Below are positions 8,285 to 19,007 of a stretch of 33,706 bases of DNA, in pieces. Made by a program: the position numbers and the translations under genes. Origin of the DNA: a virus; IMG/VR virus record IMGVR_UViG_3300045988_099363; one strand, 5' to 3'. Each line of letters begins with the position of its first letter. Position 1 is the stretch's first letter. The notes beneath the pieces were generated by a model, which did no database searches, was not told where the DNA came from, and saw only the letters and a program-made list of their open reading frames with translations.

Positions 8285-8620
8285 ATGAGTGAAACAGAAA
8301 TTTTAAAAGAAGTCAAGACTTTAATAGGTATTAAAGACGAAGATGATAAACAAGACAGCGTGTTAAATGTTTTGATTAGCAACACGGCTTCACAATTTAA
8401 AATTATTCTCGGAGAAACTATCATACCTACTGAACTTTACTTCATCTGGTCTAATGTCGTAGTCTCTAGGTATAATCGTCTAGGTCAAGAAGGTATGGTT
8501 TCATATTCACAAGAGGGCGAGGGTTTTCGCTTTCAAACGAGCGACTTTGAACCGTATATGACCTTGATTGATAAGTTTACTGGGGATGATGGTCATGGTA
8601 AGGTGGTATTTTTTACATGA
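8285..8620 (+). CDS. Head-tail connector / DNA-packaging protein (gp6-like)
   Basis: 111 aa; position and size in a translationally coupled head-completion cluster. Confidence 0.5.
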   Translation: MSETEILKEVKTLIGIKDEDDKQDSVLNVLISNTASQFKIILGETIIPTELYFIWSNVVVSRYNRLGQEGMVSYSQEGEGFRFQTSDFEPYMTLIDKFTGDDGHGKVVFFT

Positions 8621-8877
8621 GATACACAACTACCGTTACCGTCTTAAACGAGAAAAAAGAATACGTTTCAGATATTCTAGCTAATGTCACAGATGTTGGT
8701 ACTGAAAAACAAAATCAAATTTTTGGTAACTTGAAAGAAGATAGAAAGTGCGTGAGAGTTCGCAACTTTGAACCTTTCAGAAGTGGTTATATGAAATTTG
8801 ACGGTAAGATGTACCGTATTTTGAAAAAGATGACAACCAGCAAGTCAGATGTTTTCTATATTGGGGAGTACCGATAA
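8617..8877 (+). CDS. Head closure / head-tail adaptor protein
   Basis: 86 aa, ATGA coupled. Confidence 0.45.
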   Translation: MRYTTTVTVLNEKKEYVSDILANVTDVGTEKQNQIFGNLKEDRKCVRVRNFEPFRSGYMKFDGKMYRILKKMTTSKSDVFYIGEYR

Positions 8878-9215
8878 TGTCTTATTCTTTCTCTGTATCT
8901 GGTGTAAAAGAGTTTCAGAAACTTTTAAACACAGAAGACAAAATAAACAAAGTAAAAGACGTTGTAAGAGTAAACACAGCTCAGTTGGCAAGAAATGCTA
9001 GTAAATTTGTACCAGTTGATACTGGTACGCTTGCAAGGTCTGGTAAGAGCGCTATATTAGACGGTGGAATGACTGGCGAGTATAGTTTTAGCACCAATTA
9101 TAGTGCTTATGTAGAATATGGTACACGGTTCATGTATGGCAGGTTCTATCTTAAAAGAGCATTTGACCTACAGACAGAAAAATTCTATAATGATGTTAAG
9201 GGGGCTTTGAATTGA
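8877..9215 (+). CDS. Head-tail joining protein (HK97 gp10-like)
   Basis: 112 aa, coupled, typical size and position. Confidence 0.5.
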   Translation: MSYSFSVSGVKEFQKLLNTEDKINKVKDVVRVNTAQLARNASKFVPVDTGTLARSGKSAILDGGMTGEYSFSTNYSAYVEYGTRFMYGRFYLKRAFDLQTEKFYNDVKGALN

Positions 9216-9592
9216 TAAATCCATATCAAGAAATGTTTGATAAAATAAAAGAGGTATCTGAAAGTTTAGGCTTTGATACTTACGATTATCTACCCGATGA
9301 GTTTACAAAGTACCCTTTTATATTTGTCGGAGAAATGTTTCAAAATGACGAGCTGACTAAGACTAAAAATCGAGGACAGTTAAATATTTTGTTACACGTT
9401 TTTGACCATCATGATAGACGAAAACAAGCTCAAGAAATGCTAAACAAATTGTTTGCTGAGGTATCTTATATCGGTAAAACAGAGCATTTCAAGTGGCACG
9501 AAAAACAATCAGAAATTCATATCATGTTTGACAACTCAGACAGTACACCATTAGTACATGGCGTGCTTGATATGGTTTTAGAGTTTGCATAA
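9212..9592 (+). CDS. Tail completion / tail terminator protein
   Basis: 126 aa; TTG start at 9212 with RBS aaggggg overlapping the upstream stop. Confidence 0.45.
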   Translation: MINPYQEMFDKIKEVSESLGFDTYDYLPDEFTKYPFIFVGEMFQNDELTKTKNRGQLNILLHVFDHHDRRKQAQEMLNKLFAEVSYIGKTEHFKWHEKQSEIHIMFDNSDSTPLVHGVLDMVLEFA

Positions 9593-9606
9593 AGGAGATT
9601 ATAATA

Positions 9607-10155
9607 ATGGCTGAAGTTATTGAGGGTAAACGAGTTATCCTATTGTTCCGTTTGGTAAGAGAACGTGCAGTAAAACCCGCAACACAGTTGGCATACGAAA
9701 TTAGCAATACGCTTAATCGTGAGCGAAATACTGAGGAACAAGAAACAAAAACGGGAATGATTAAATCTGTAGGCGCATCAAATGAAAGTATTGAATTTGA
9801 GTTCTTGCAGTCGTCAGCAGAAATTAACGAGATGTTAAACTATGCTTACGAAAACAACGAAGAAGTAGAGTTCTGGCGTGTGAACCTTGACAAAAAAGAT
9901 AAAACTGGTAAATATGATGCTTATACTGGTACTGGGTTACTTGCATCTTATCCATTATCCGCTGAGGTTGCTTCTAATGCAACTATCTCGACTACTTTGA
10001 ATATTCAAGGTGTTGTAGGTCGCATTAACGCTACAATCACAAGCGACCAACAAGAAACAGCGCAAAAATACTATGATACAGTTGCAGGTATTGCTGAAGC
10101 TACTAAAGTTAAAGCCTATGAACCTAAAGGGCAAGTTACTAGCACGGCAGTATAA
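9607..10155 (+). CDS. Major tail protein
   Basis: 182 aa, followed by a strong terminator, upstream of the chaperone and TMP genes. Confidence 0.7.
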   Translation: MAEVIEGKRVILLFRLVRERAVKPATQLAYEISNTLNRERNTEEQETKTGMIKSVGASNESIEFEFLQSSAEINEMLNYAYENNEEVEFWRVNLDKKDKTGKYDAYTGTGLLASYPLSAEVASNATISTTLNIQGVVGRINATITSDQQETAQKYYDTVAGIAEATKVKAYEPKGQVTSTAV

Positions 10156-10180
10156 CCTCAAAATAGCATTTTAAACCACC

Positions 10181-10218
10181 GCAAGGGCAAGCATTTGGTT
10201 GCTAGTCCTTGTTTTTTT
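10181..10218 (+). terminator. Intrinsic terminator after the major tail gene (caagg...ccttg stem, T7)
   Basis: Read directly. Confidence 0.55.
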
Positions 10219-10241
10219 AAAAATAGAAAAGAGAAATCAAA

Positions 10242-10637
10242 ATGGCAAAAGCAGTTAAAACAAAAGACGTTAAAGCAGTAATCGCAATCGATGAAACAAA
10301 TTACAAACTAATTTTTGGTTTGAAGTTCCTCAAAGAAATTGGTATGCTACCGAACAGTTCAACAGATAACACGGTTGCATTTTCTGAAATGGTTGGCGGT
10401 ATTATGGAGTTTGACCCTTTTTCATTGCTTAAAGCCTTAAAAGCATCTCTTATCACTTATGACGACTTGGACGAGAAAGCGATTGAAGAATGGTTTGAAA
10501 CAACTGAACAAGTAGATTGGTTGTTTGAAAATTTTACGAAGTTCTTGGAATCAGCACCATTAACAGCCAAGAAAACGAAACAACTGATGGTGTACTTCAA
10601 AAAAGCGATGGCAGAAATGGAAATCCCAGAGGTATAA
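10242..10637 (+). CDS. Tail assembly chaperone (gpG-like)
   Basis: 131 aa acidic protein between the major tail and TMP genes. Confidence 0.7.
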   Translation: MAKAVKTKDVKAVIAIDETNYKLIFGLKFLKEIGMLPNSSTDNTVAFSEMVGGIMEFDPFSLLKALKASLITYDDLDEKAIEEWFETTEQVDWLFENFTKFLESAPLTAKKTKQLMVYFKKAMAEMEIPEV

Positions 10638-10981
10638 CTTTAACCTATCATCAAGCGGTCGTTAATTGTTTTAGGTATTATCCTACTTTGACAATTAAAG
10701 ATATTGACAGGATGACTATTGATGAGTATTATATCAGATTAGAAAGTCAACAGCTTGCTGAACTTGACAATGAGTATTTGGAATACGTAAATGCTTTAGC
10801 AGTCAGAGCTTATAAGGCTACAAACAAAGCCGGAGATAAGTACTTGTATAACAATGTTATTGATTTGTTTGACAGGAAAGATATCGAAAGAAAAATGACA
10901 AACAAGGGGGAAGAAAAGAAAAATGATAAAGCCATGCTTATGAGTATGGCTTTAAATAAAATGAAAGAAAAAGGGGACTAA
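10242..10981 (+). CDS. Tail assembly chaperone G-T fusion made by a programmed -1 frameshift at the slippery run C-AAA-AAA-G (about 10598-10606); the -1 frame stays open to 10981
   Basis: The -1 frame is open from upstream of the G stop through ORF 10688-10981; A6G slippery motif is 10 codons before the G stop; conserved G/GT arrangement. Confidence 0.6.
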
Positions 10982-10982
10982 T

Positions 10983-13900
10983 ATGTCACTATCTCAAATA
11001 ATAACAGCTAGATTACAAGCTAGAGATGAATCTTTTTCAAGCACCCTAAAAAAAGCAAGTAGCGCACTTTCCGAGTTTTCAAACAGCGGTAAGCAGATAG
11101 CGCAATCACAATCAGGAATCAATAGCACATTCAAGTCAATGGCAGGTGCTATTGGTCTTGTTAAGGTTGCAAGCGCTGGCATTTCAACTATCATGAATAA
11201 TATGGAGGGTGCAGTTTCACGTTTCGACATCTTGCGTAACTTCCCAAAAATCATGCAAAACATGAATGTTCCAATTGAAGACAGCACAAAGGCAATCAAT
11301 GAGCTTTCTGACGGTATAGACGGGTTACCAACCTCGCTTGATAGCATTGTAAAGACTACACAGCAACTTTTTCCAATCATGAACAACGATATCAAGAAGG
11401 CTACTAAAAGCTCGCTAGCGCTTAACAACGCATTTCTAGCGAGTGGCTCAACAAGTGCGGATGCTAGTCGTGGACTTATACAATATAGTCAGATGTTAGC
11501 AGTTGGAAAAGTTGATATGCAGGCATGGCGCACGCTTCAAGAAACAATGCCATATGCACTAAGCAAGACAGCTAAAGCGCTTGGAATTACTAGCGGGAAC
11601 ACCTCAGAGCTATATCAAGAATTAAAATTTGGTGGCATTACACTTGAACAGCTTAATGATAAATTCATGGAGCTTAACGATGGTGTCGGTGGCTTCGCTG
11701 AGGTAGCAAAAACAGCAACTGGCGGTATTGGAACAGCTTTCGCTAACTTTGGAACACGTGTCAAAAAGGGGCTTGAAAAAGCCTTGGGCGAGTTTGATAA
11801 CACAGCTAAGCAATTGACTGGTTTAGATATTGCAACTATTATTTCAAACGCAGGTACTAAAGCATCAAAAGCGATTGAAGGAAGCGCTAAAAAGATAACT
11901 GGCTTTATTAACAATAATAAAGAAGTGATTAAATCTTTCTTTGACTTTATAAAAACAAAGTTTGAACAAGCTAAAACATTGCTTACACCGTATGTTGAAG
12001 CTTTTAAAGCAGGTTTCAAAGAAATAATACCACCAGTTAAAGAGGCGGTAGATGCAGTTATCACAAGCCTTGGTTTACTCAGAATACAACTTGACGCATC
12101 TGGAAGCGTTGATAAATTTAAGTCAGGTATCACAGTTGCAACTGATGCCATTAAAACATTCGCAAACTTTGTACGTGATAATTCTGATAAAGTAGCTTAT
12201 TTAATTGAACAATTGCCTAAACTTTTGGCAGGGTATATGGCGTTTAAAAAGATAACTGAAATCAGTAAAAGCATTGCAGGTTTTTCAGCTAACGTTTTAA
12301 ATACGTCTTCTAAAATAAATGACTTTGTAAAAAAAGCTAACACTTTCACAATTGACAACATGAAAAAAGGTCTTGATATTATAAGTCCTAAATTGACAAC
12401 GGTTGGCAATGGATTTAAATCACTAGGGAGTGCAATTTCACACCCTAAAACTACATTGATTGGTTTTGGGGAAACACTATCTGAGTTCTCTTTGAACGGT
12501 CTTAGTGCAAGTGGTATAGTTGCTAAAATGTCAAGCGCTTTTAAAGTCGGGTTTGTCAACGCTATGTCAATAGCAGGAGGAGCGGTTAAAGGCTTTACAG
12601 CTACATTAATGGCTAACCCAATTGGGCTAATTTTAGCAGGTATCACAGCATCGGTTGCGGTGTTTGCATTGTCTTGGAAAGGTAACTTTGGTAACGTTCA
12701 GGGAGTTACTAAGACGGTATTAAGCAACCTTGGCAATACGTTTAAATCAATTGGAAGTGAATTAGGTAAGTTAGCAGATAGCATTAGTCCAAGTATCAAA
12801 AAATATTTGATAATGGAAAATGTCGCAAAGGCATTTGGAGCTAGTTTGCTAGCATCTCTTACTCCAATCGGTCTAGTGATTGATGCTTTTAGAGTTATTA
12901 TCATGACGATTACTGGGGTTATCAACTCATTTAAACTGGCATACTTACAAGTCAAACGGTTCTTTTCAGTAGGTAGCGAACGCAAGAAACTTACTGATGA
13001 GATTGAAGCAGTTGAAAAGAAACTTAAAGGTACTTACGATGGACTAGCTGAAAACTCAGCTACAAAAGCCATTTGGTCTGGTTTTAGTGAAATCGGCAAA
13101 AAGGGTGTAAAAACCGCATCTGATTATAAAAACATGGCTGATTCTATCATTTCAGACAACCAAAAAATTGCTGAAAGTAGTCAACAAACAGGTCAGAAAA
13201 TCTCTGAATCTGGTTCTAAAGTTTCGGAAGCATTCAACGTTGATGGTGCAAGTGAAAGAATTAAAACACAATCAGAAGCACAATTAGAAATCGTCAAACG
13301 TTTTGGCGAACAACGTGCTGAACTTCAATCTAAACAGTCAGAACTTGAAGCACAGCTTTCACAAGCGAAAGATAGCGAGAAACAAGGCGCTTTGATTAAA
13401 TATCATCAAGGTATGATGGAGCTTTACAACACAAATAACGCTGATGTTCTTACCCTCATGAAAAACAATAGCGAACAGCTTAAAGCTAATAAAGATATTG
13501 AGGGTAAAGAGCTTACAGAAGCCCAACGTAATGCAATGATAGAACAAAACAATGCTTTGCGTGAAGGACTCATGGAACAACAACAAATTGTCGTAGATTC
13601 ATCACTTGCTAAAATTGCAAGCGGTAAAAAGCTATCACAAACTGAACAGGCAATGGTACAAAGTAACTTAATTGCTTTGTATACAAATGAAAAAGAACTT
13701 ATCAGTTCAAACGAAGCACAGATAGCTGAACTCAGAAAAGTGGCAGGCGATAAGACAAACGAAATCGCAGCAGCGAACGCACAAGCTAAGCTAGACCAGT
13801 TACTCGCAAGCAATGAAACAGAGCGGGCAAAAATGACTGAAAATCAACAAGCTATCTTCCAGATTTTGACTACAACAGGTCAATTAAATACGCAAAAAGT

Positions 13901-14945
13901 TGCTGAAACTTTGCAAGCTATGGGCATTACAACTGACGAGGGTCTTGCCCAACTTTACTTAAAATACCAACAAAACAACGCAAACACTTCTGACCAATTA
14001 ACGGTACTTGCGGGTATCATGCAGTCTAAAGGTATAGAAGGAACTAATGCACTTGTACAAGCATTGAGTAGTGGCGACTTTTCAGGTATTAGCGCACAGA
14101 ACGCTCAGGCAGTTATTCAAGGACTTTCAACACTTCCTGAAAGTATGTTCGCAAACGGTCAAGCAGGTAAAGACCAACTTATTGCATCACTTTCAAGTGG
14201 TACGGTAGATGCAAGCACCGTAGCATCTCAGATTACAACAGCTTTAGGTACTGGCTTATTACAAGGTCGTGAAGGTGTTTCTTCAGCAGGTCAACAAGTC
14301 ATTAACGAAGCCAATGAAAAAACTAAAGCTAAAGCCCAAGATTTTCTTACTACTGGTGGACTTCTCACAGAACAATTAGGAAAAGGTATTTCAAACGGCA
14401 AACAAGGTGTAAAAAATAGCGTACAGTCAACTGTGGCTTACGGCCAAACACCTGATTTGAGTGGTTTCGTTCCTATTGGTGGGCATATTTCAAGCGGTAT
14501 TGCATCTGGTATTACTGGAAATAGTTTCATGGTAGAAAATGCAGTCGCTACCGTTGTTCAAAACGCTAAGGCTAGAGCAACAAAAGAGGGAGAAATCCAT
14601 TCGCCATCAAGACTTTTCAAGCGAGAAGTAGGGCAATGGATTCCTGCAGGTGTTGCGAAAGGTATTGATGAAAATGCTTACCTTGTAGACCGTAGCGTGG
14701 CAAGCATGATAAGCGATGTCAACCGTGACTTTGACTTTGGACGTGATACTAACTTTGGCGCAAACGTTAATAGCGAAATTTCTCATACGGTCAAAAACCC
14801 AATATTTGACAAGCTATCACAAGCCTTTGAAGATATTAAAAATTTAAAAGTTGTGATGGATACTGGTAGACTTGTAGGAGAGATTGGCGAAAGTGTCAAT
14901 GGCTTTCTAGGTCAACAAACGCAAAATGATTTGAGGTACAGATAA
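10983..14945 (+). CDS. Tape measure protein
   Basis: 1320 aa, Ala/Gly-rich and helical, hydrophobic segments, conserved position. Confidence 0.9.
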   Translation: MSLSQIITARLQARDESFSSTLKKASSALSEFSNSGKQIAQSQSGINSTFKSMAGAIGLVKVASAGISTIMNNMEGAVSRFDILRNFPKIMQNMNVPIEDSTKAINELSDGIDGLPTSLDSIVKTTQQLFPIMNNDIKKATKSSLALNNAFLASGSTSADASRGLIQYSQMLAVGKVDMQAWRTLQETMPYALSKTAKALGITSGNTSELYQELKFGGITLEQLNDKFMELNDGVGGFAEVAKTATGGIGTAFANFGTRVKKGLEKALGEFDNTAKQLTGLDIATIISNAGTKASKAIEGSAKKITGFINNNKEVIKSFFDFIKTKFEQAKTLLTPYVEAFKAGFKEIIPPVKEAVDAVITSLGLLRIQLDASGSVDKFKSGITVATDAIKTFANFVRDNSDKVAYLIEQLPKLLAGYMAFKKITEISKSIAGFSANVLNTSSKINDFVKKANTFTIDNMKKGLDIISPKLTTVGNGFKSLGSAISHPKTTLIGFGETLSEFSLNGLSASGIVAKMSSAFKVGFVNAMSIAGGAVKGFTATLMANPIGLILAGITASVAVFALSWKGNFGNVQGVTKTVLSNLGNTFKSIGSELGKLADSISPSIKKYLIMENVAKAFGASLLASLTPIGLVIDAFRVIIMTITGVINSFKLAYLQVKRFFSVGSERKKLTDEIEAVEKKLKGTYDGLAENSATKAIWSGFSEIGKKGVKTASDYKNMADSIISDNQKIAESSQQTGQKISESGSKVSEAFNVDGASERIKTQSEAQLEIVKRFGEQRAELQSKQSELEAQLSQAKDSEKQGALIKYHQGMMELYNTNNADVLTLMKNNSEQLKANKDIEGKELTEAQRNAMIEQNNALREGLMEQQQIVVDSSLAKIASGKKLSQTEQAMVQSNLIALYTNEKELISSNEAQIAELRKVAGDKTNEIAAANAQAKLDQLLASNETERAKMTENQQAIFQILTTTGQLNTQKVAETLQAMGITTDEGLAQLYLKYQQNNANTSDQLTVLAGIMQSKGIEGTNALVQALSSGDFSGISAQNAQAVIQGLSTLPESMFANGQAGKDQLIASLSSGTVDASTVASQITTALGTGLLQGREGVSSAGQQVINEANEKTKAKAQDFLTTGGLLTEQLGKGISNGKQGVKNSVQSTVAYGQTPDLSGFVPIGGHISSGIASGITGNSFMVENAVATVVQNAKARATKEGEIHSPSRLFKREVGQWIPAGVAKGIDENAYLVDRSVASMISDVNRDFDFGRDTNFGANVNSEISHTVKNPIFDKLSQAFEDIKNLKVVMDTGRLVGEIGESVNGFLGQQTQNDLRYR

Positions 14946-15679
14946 TGGAAAAAGTATGGTCAAATGAATACATGGAGGGCTTCCAATTTGGGGGCTTTTC
15001 GTCTATTGATAATGGTTTTTATTTGACAGAACACGATGCACCAACACCAAAAGAAAAAGAAATAATTGAGGACATTCCTTTTATGCAAGGAGTTTACGAC
15101 TTTTCTTTCTTACTTGGGGAGCGTGTTTTTAGTAATCGTAAGATTACATTTGAGTTAGTTCGTCCGCTTGAACCTTACGAGGTAAGGAAACAAGTTCAAG
15201 CAGAAATGAAGAACGCACTAATGATTAAGGGAGTTGGTAGACTTGAAGATACCTACCTTAAAGAATTAAACGCTTATTGGTCTGGAAAATGTGAGAGCGT
15301 GACATTTTCAGATAGTGAAAGTCATTGGACTTTGAAAGCCACGGTAGTGTTTGAATGTTATCCGTTTGCCTTGAAAAATTCAGATGGTTATTCAGATAAA
15401 TTTGATGATGAATATTTTACTGACGGTGTAGACCAATGGACTGGCTTTTATATTCAAAACTATAAAAATGTTTTGCTGATAAATGACGGTATAAATGCAG
15501 TCAGTCCGCAGATTGAAGCGGATAGCAACATGACGATTAAATTTAATGATGAATTTATTGAAGTTAAAAAGGGCAAAAATAAAGATTTGTTTTTCAAACT
15601 TCAAAAAGGAGAAAATCGTTTTTCAATTTATGGAAATGGTCATATCAGTTTCTATATTGAAACGGAGGTCATGTACTAA
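14945..15679 (+). CDS. Distal tail protein (Dit)
   Basis: 244 aa immediately after TMP. Confidence 0.65.
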   Translation: MEKVWSNEYMEGFQFGGFSSIDNGFYLTEHDAPTPKEKEIIEDIPFMQGVYDFSFLLGERVFSNRKITFELVRPLEPYEVRKQVQAEMKNALMIKGVGRLEDTYLKELNAYWSGKCESVTFSDSESHWTLKATVVFECYPFALKNSDGYSDKFDDEYFTDGVDQWTGFYIQNYKNVLLINDGINAVSPQIEADSNMTIKFNDEFIEVKKGKNKDLFFKLQKGENRFSIYGNGHISFYIETEVMY

Positions 15680-17115
15680 TGTATAAAGCTTACTTAAAAG
15701 AGACTGACGACAGCCGAGATAAAAAGACGATACACGAACCGTTAAATTATGGTAATAAACTATCATCTGGCGAGTTAAAAGTATCGCTAGAGGGTTTGGG
15801 GATATCAACATTTGAATGTTCCTTGTCAATCGCTAACAGCTTGTATGGCAAGACTAAGCCTATTACTAACATGATTTGTGTGTTAGATTCAAACGGAGAA
15901 AAAGTTTTTCATGGCAGGATTGCAAAGATTACTAAAAGCATGACATCAAGCGGAGAATTTTCAGAAAAAATCTTATGTGAGGATAGAAAAAGTTATCTGT
16001 ATGACAGTACTCAAAAATATTTAAAACCGACGATTATGTCAGTAAGAGAGTACTTGCAAAGATTGCTAGATGAGCATAATCGACAAGTTGAACCATTCAA
16101 ACAGATGCGTTTAGGGAATGTCACGGTAGGAGATAGTGAACAAATTTACCGTGGTATCGGCTATTACAAGACAGCTGAATTGATTAAAGACAGGTTATTA
16201 GACCGATTAGGTGGATATCTAGTTTTGAGAGAGGACACACAAGGAAGTTTGATACTTGACTATTTAAAAGATTATGGCGAAGTGTCAAGAACACCATTAC
16301 AAATTACACGTAACTTGCGGTCAGCTACTCGTGATATTGACATCTCAGAGCTTGCCACACGTATTGTGCCACTTGGGCAAGAAATTGAAACAAGTGAAAC
16401 TGTTGAAATCGGTACAGACTTTTCAAGACCTAAACATACAATAGCAGATGTGAATGGTGGAGTTGACTACTTACAAGACTTTGAATTGATTGCTGAGTTT
16501 GGTATTATCCAAAAAAATGTTGATTTTCAAAATGTGACAGACCATAACGTGTTAAAAAGACGTGGCGAGGAGTATTTAAAAAATCAGCGTGCCATGCTTG
16601 TGAGTTGGACGGTTGAAGTGATTGAGCTTGGCTTGATTGATAAACGTTATGAGCTGATACAGGTTGGTAATAGTTATCCAATTGAAAACCCTATGCTTTA
16701 TGGTGCTGAGACCTTACAAGTTACTGAAAAAACAGTAAATATTCTTGAACCTCAAAGAATTGTACTGACAATTGGAAGTAGCAAAAAGACCTTATCGAGC
16801 TTTCAACAAAGTTATTCAAACTTACAATATACTTTAAGCGACACACTATCTAGCGTAAATTTTCAGATGAAAAGCACAAATGAAGTTTCTCAAAAACTTG
16901 AAGGAACTAACGTCACTTTGACTGAAACAGTTGGAGAATTAGAAAATACAAAAATTTTAGCAGAAGGTAACCAAACTAAGATAGAAAGTGTTAAAATAGA
17001 AACAAGTACTATTAAAGAAAATTTAGACGAAACTATCAGAATAAATGATGAACGTTCTAAATTATTATTACAACAAATTGAAGATTTGAAAAATCAAATT
17101 AACAATTTGAAATAA
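15679..17115 (+). CDS. Tail-associated protein / baseplate hub (Tal-like) with a C-terminal coiled coil
   Basis: 478 aa after Dit; heptad-like C-terminus (LLLQQIEDLKNQINNLK). Confidence 0.6.
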   Translation: MYKAYLKETDDSRDKKTIHEPLNYGNKLSSGELKVSLEGLGISTFECSLSIANSLYGKTKPITNMICVLDSNGEKVFHGRIAKITKSMTSSGEFSEKILCEDRKSYLYDSTQKYLKPTIMSVREYLQRLLDEHNRQVEPFKQMRLGNVTVGDSEQIYRGIGYYKTAELIKDRLLDRLGGYLVLREDTQGSLILDYLKDYGEVSRTPLQITRNLRSATRDIDISELATRIVPLGQEIETSETVEIGTDFSRPKHTIADVNGGVDYLQDFELIAEFGIIQKNVDFQNVTDHNVLKRRGEEYLKNQRAMLVSWTVEVIELGLIDKRYELIQVGNSYPIENPMLYGAETLQVTEKTVNILEPQRIVLTIGSSKKTLSSFQQSYSNLQYTLSDTLSSVNFQMKSTNEVSQKLEGTNVTLTETVGELENTKILAEGNQTKIESVKIETSTIKENLDETIRINDERSKLLLQQIEDLKNQINNLK

Positions 17116-17130
17116 AAAAAGGGGGATTGA

Positions 17131-17898
17131 ATGGCATTTGAACAAAACGGTCAAAAGTATTATGATACTCAGCCGACAGGCGAGGTAAATACAACCGTAA
17201 AGTATATCGACCCAACAGATGTGCCTGAGATTGACGAAGAAATTAAAAACGGTGTCATCAGTAAATTAGCGCAAGATATTGCAAGTTGGATTCGTACAAA
17301 AATGTGGCGCAGACACGTTCGTGAAGCACTTGCGAGGTCAGTTGAATATTTCAGCGTATTATTTAACAAGTTGAAAGAAATCGTAGAAAGTAACACAATT
17401 AGGCAAGACAACGTAGAAAAACGTCAGTCTAAACTAGAGCGTGATTTTATTTCAGTAACTTCTGGTGCTACCGTAGACAGCGAGGTTATAATCGCACGTG
17501 GTAGTGATGTCTATGGTCAGTTTAACACGTTAGACTTGCGACTTGAAAACATTGAAAAAATTATGGCTAACTTTGTTCCATCTGGATTTATCGTCAAAAT
17601 CAATCATAATCTTGGTAGAAATCCTACCGTTACGGTTAAAAAATATGATTGGGCGATTGGTACAGAAACAAATGGCTTTGATACAGCACCAGATGGATTG
17701 TTTGGCGGTGGCGCTGTTGAAACGGTACCAACTAATTTAATCTATGCTAGTGGTGTAGTCTATGTGCATATGCCAGCAGTTTACAGACAAAGTGGCGAGT
17801 TCATTATTCAATCTGATACAAAGTTGTTGCTTATTGATGGTATTCATACACTTAATTTTGCGGTTGAAGGAGGTCTCATAAATGGAAAAATCGATTGA
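17131..17898 (+). CDS. Putative tail fibre / receptor-binding protein
   Basis: 255 aa, position after Tal; no recognisable catalytic motif. Confidence 0.35.
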   Translation: MAFEQNGQKYYDTQPTGEVNTTVKYIDPTDVPEIDEEIKNGVISKLAQDIASWIRTKMWRRHVREALARSVEYFSVLFNKLKEIVESNTIRQDNVEKRQSKLERDFISVTSGATVDSEVIIARGSDVYGQFNTLDLRLENIEKIMANFVPSGFIVKINHNLGRNPTVTVKKYDWAIGTETNGFDTAPDGLFGGGAVETVPTNLIYASGVVYVHMPAVYRQSGEFIIQSDTKLLLIDGIHTLNFAVEGGLINGKID

Positions 17899-18000
17899 TA
17901 AATTCAGAGTTTTATCTCAGGTTGAAGCTGATACAAACATTGATAAAGATACGCAAAAAACTATCATAAAAGATGAAAAAGAAAAAGAGGAGAATTGAAA

Positions 18001-18435
18001 ATGGAAAAAATTTATAGAGGTATGGCAAACGGTGCTGAGACTATTGACCGTAACTTTAATAATGGATATGGTCAAAAAGTCGGAGACATTCATATCAGTA
18101 TTGATAGTTCAAATCCTAGCGCAAGATTTGGCGGTACTTGGGAAAGAATTGCTAAAGGGCAAGCGATTGTCGGTGTAAATGAAAGTGATTCAGACTTTTC
18201 AACTCCTGAAAAAACAGGCGGTGAAAAAACTCACGCTTTGACAGCTGAAGAAAATGGTCCGCATACTCACTCTTATAAAATGACAGGAAACAATAATGCT
18301 GTAAAAGTTGAAGCCTCAACCACTTTTGGTACTAGTCAATCAGTCAATACAAACACTGGAACATCAGGGAATGGGACACCACACAACAACTTACAACCGT
18401 TTTTCACTCTTTATATTTGGAAACGTACAGCTTAG
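18001..18435 (+). CDS. Tail-collar-domain fibre protein
   Basis: Motif G-E-x-T-H-x-L-T-x-E-E ... PHTH ... PHNNLQPF resembles phage tail-collar domains. The ATG at 18001 with RBS aaagaggag is preferred over the TTG at 17995. Confidence 0.5.
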   Translation: MEKIYRGMANGAETIDRNFNNGYGQKVGDIHISIDSSNPSARFGGTWERIAKGQAIVGVNESDSDFSTPEKTGGEKTHALTAEENGPHTHSYKMTGNNNAVKVEASTTFGTSQSVNTNTGTSGNGTPHNNLQPFFTLYIWKRTA

Positions 18436-18438
18436 AAA

Positions 18439-18741
18439 GTGGTATTTATGTGGGTAATTGACTTTTTCTACTTTCTAAAAGAATGGTGGTTCATCATATC
18501 TATGGTAATTGTCGGTATTGCATCTTTTAAAAAAGGGATTGATAGTATCAATAGTAATTTGAAAGATGTGGTTCATGAAATATCAAAATTCAACGAAAAA
18601 ATAAAATTATCTGAAAAGGATAGAGAAAGAATCCACGTAGAACTTGAAACACACAGAGAAAGGCTTGATAATCATGAGTTGAAATTTGCGAGCTATAATG
18701 AAAAAATAGCTATATTATTTAAGGAGAATGAAAAAAAATGA
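18439..18741 (+). CDS. Small membrane protein with a C-terminal coiled coil (possible lysis-associated or holin-accessory protein)
   Basis: N-terminal hydrophobic segment, charged helical tail; overlaps the holin start; GTG (18439) or ATG (18448) start. Confidence 0.4.
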   Translation: MVFMWVIDFFYFLKEWWFIISMVIVGIASFKKGIDSINSNLKDVVHEISKFNEKIKLSEKDRERIHVELETHRERLDNHELKFASYNEKIAILFKENEKK

Positions 18742-19007
18742 ACTTAGATTTTATTTTAGACAAGTATGTACCAGTCATCATGGTTGCGACTTTGACAATT
18801 GGATATATTATCAAAGAAACACCTGCACTTAAAAAAGTTGCTAACGCCTATATTCCTTTGATTGTTACGATTACAGGGGCTTTACTTGGTGTCATTATCA
18901 GTAGTTTATCAGTTGAATCATTCGTCTATGGTGCGGTTAGTGGCCTAGCTTCAACTGGCTTACATCAAGCGTTCACTCAGCTTTTAAACATTGGAAAGGG
19001 GGAGTAA
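18738..19007 (+). CDS. Holin
   Basis: 89 aa with two or three hydrophobic helices and a charged C-terminus, immediately upstream of the lysin gene. Confidence 0.75.
   Translation: MNLDFILDKYVPVIMVATLTIGYIIKETPALKKVANAYIPLIVTITGALLGVIISSLSVESFVYGAVSGLASTGLHQAFTQLLNIGKGE

Noticed and set aside
10994-13813. Several minus-strand ORFs inside the tape measure gene (10994-11428, 11615-12151, 12197-12646, 12698-12985, 13424-13813)
   Set aside because: They are antisense to a continuous 1320-aa TMP ORF. This is a typical artefact of Ala/Gly/Ser-rich coding sequence.
17131-17898. Hyaluronidase, or endopeptidase tail lysin domain in Tal
   Set aside because: No catalytic motifs were recognisable by eye. 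These are left as generic fibre/Tal calls.
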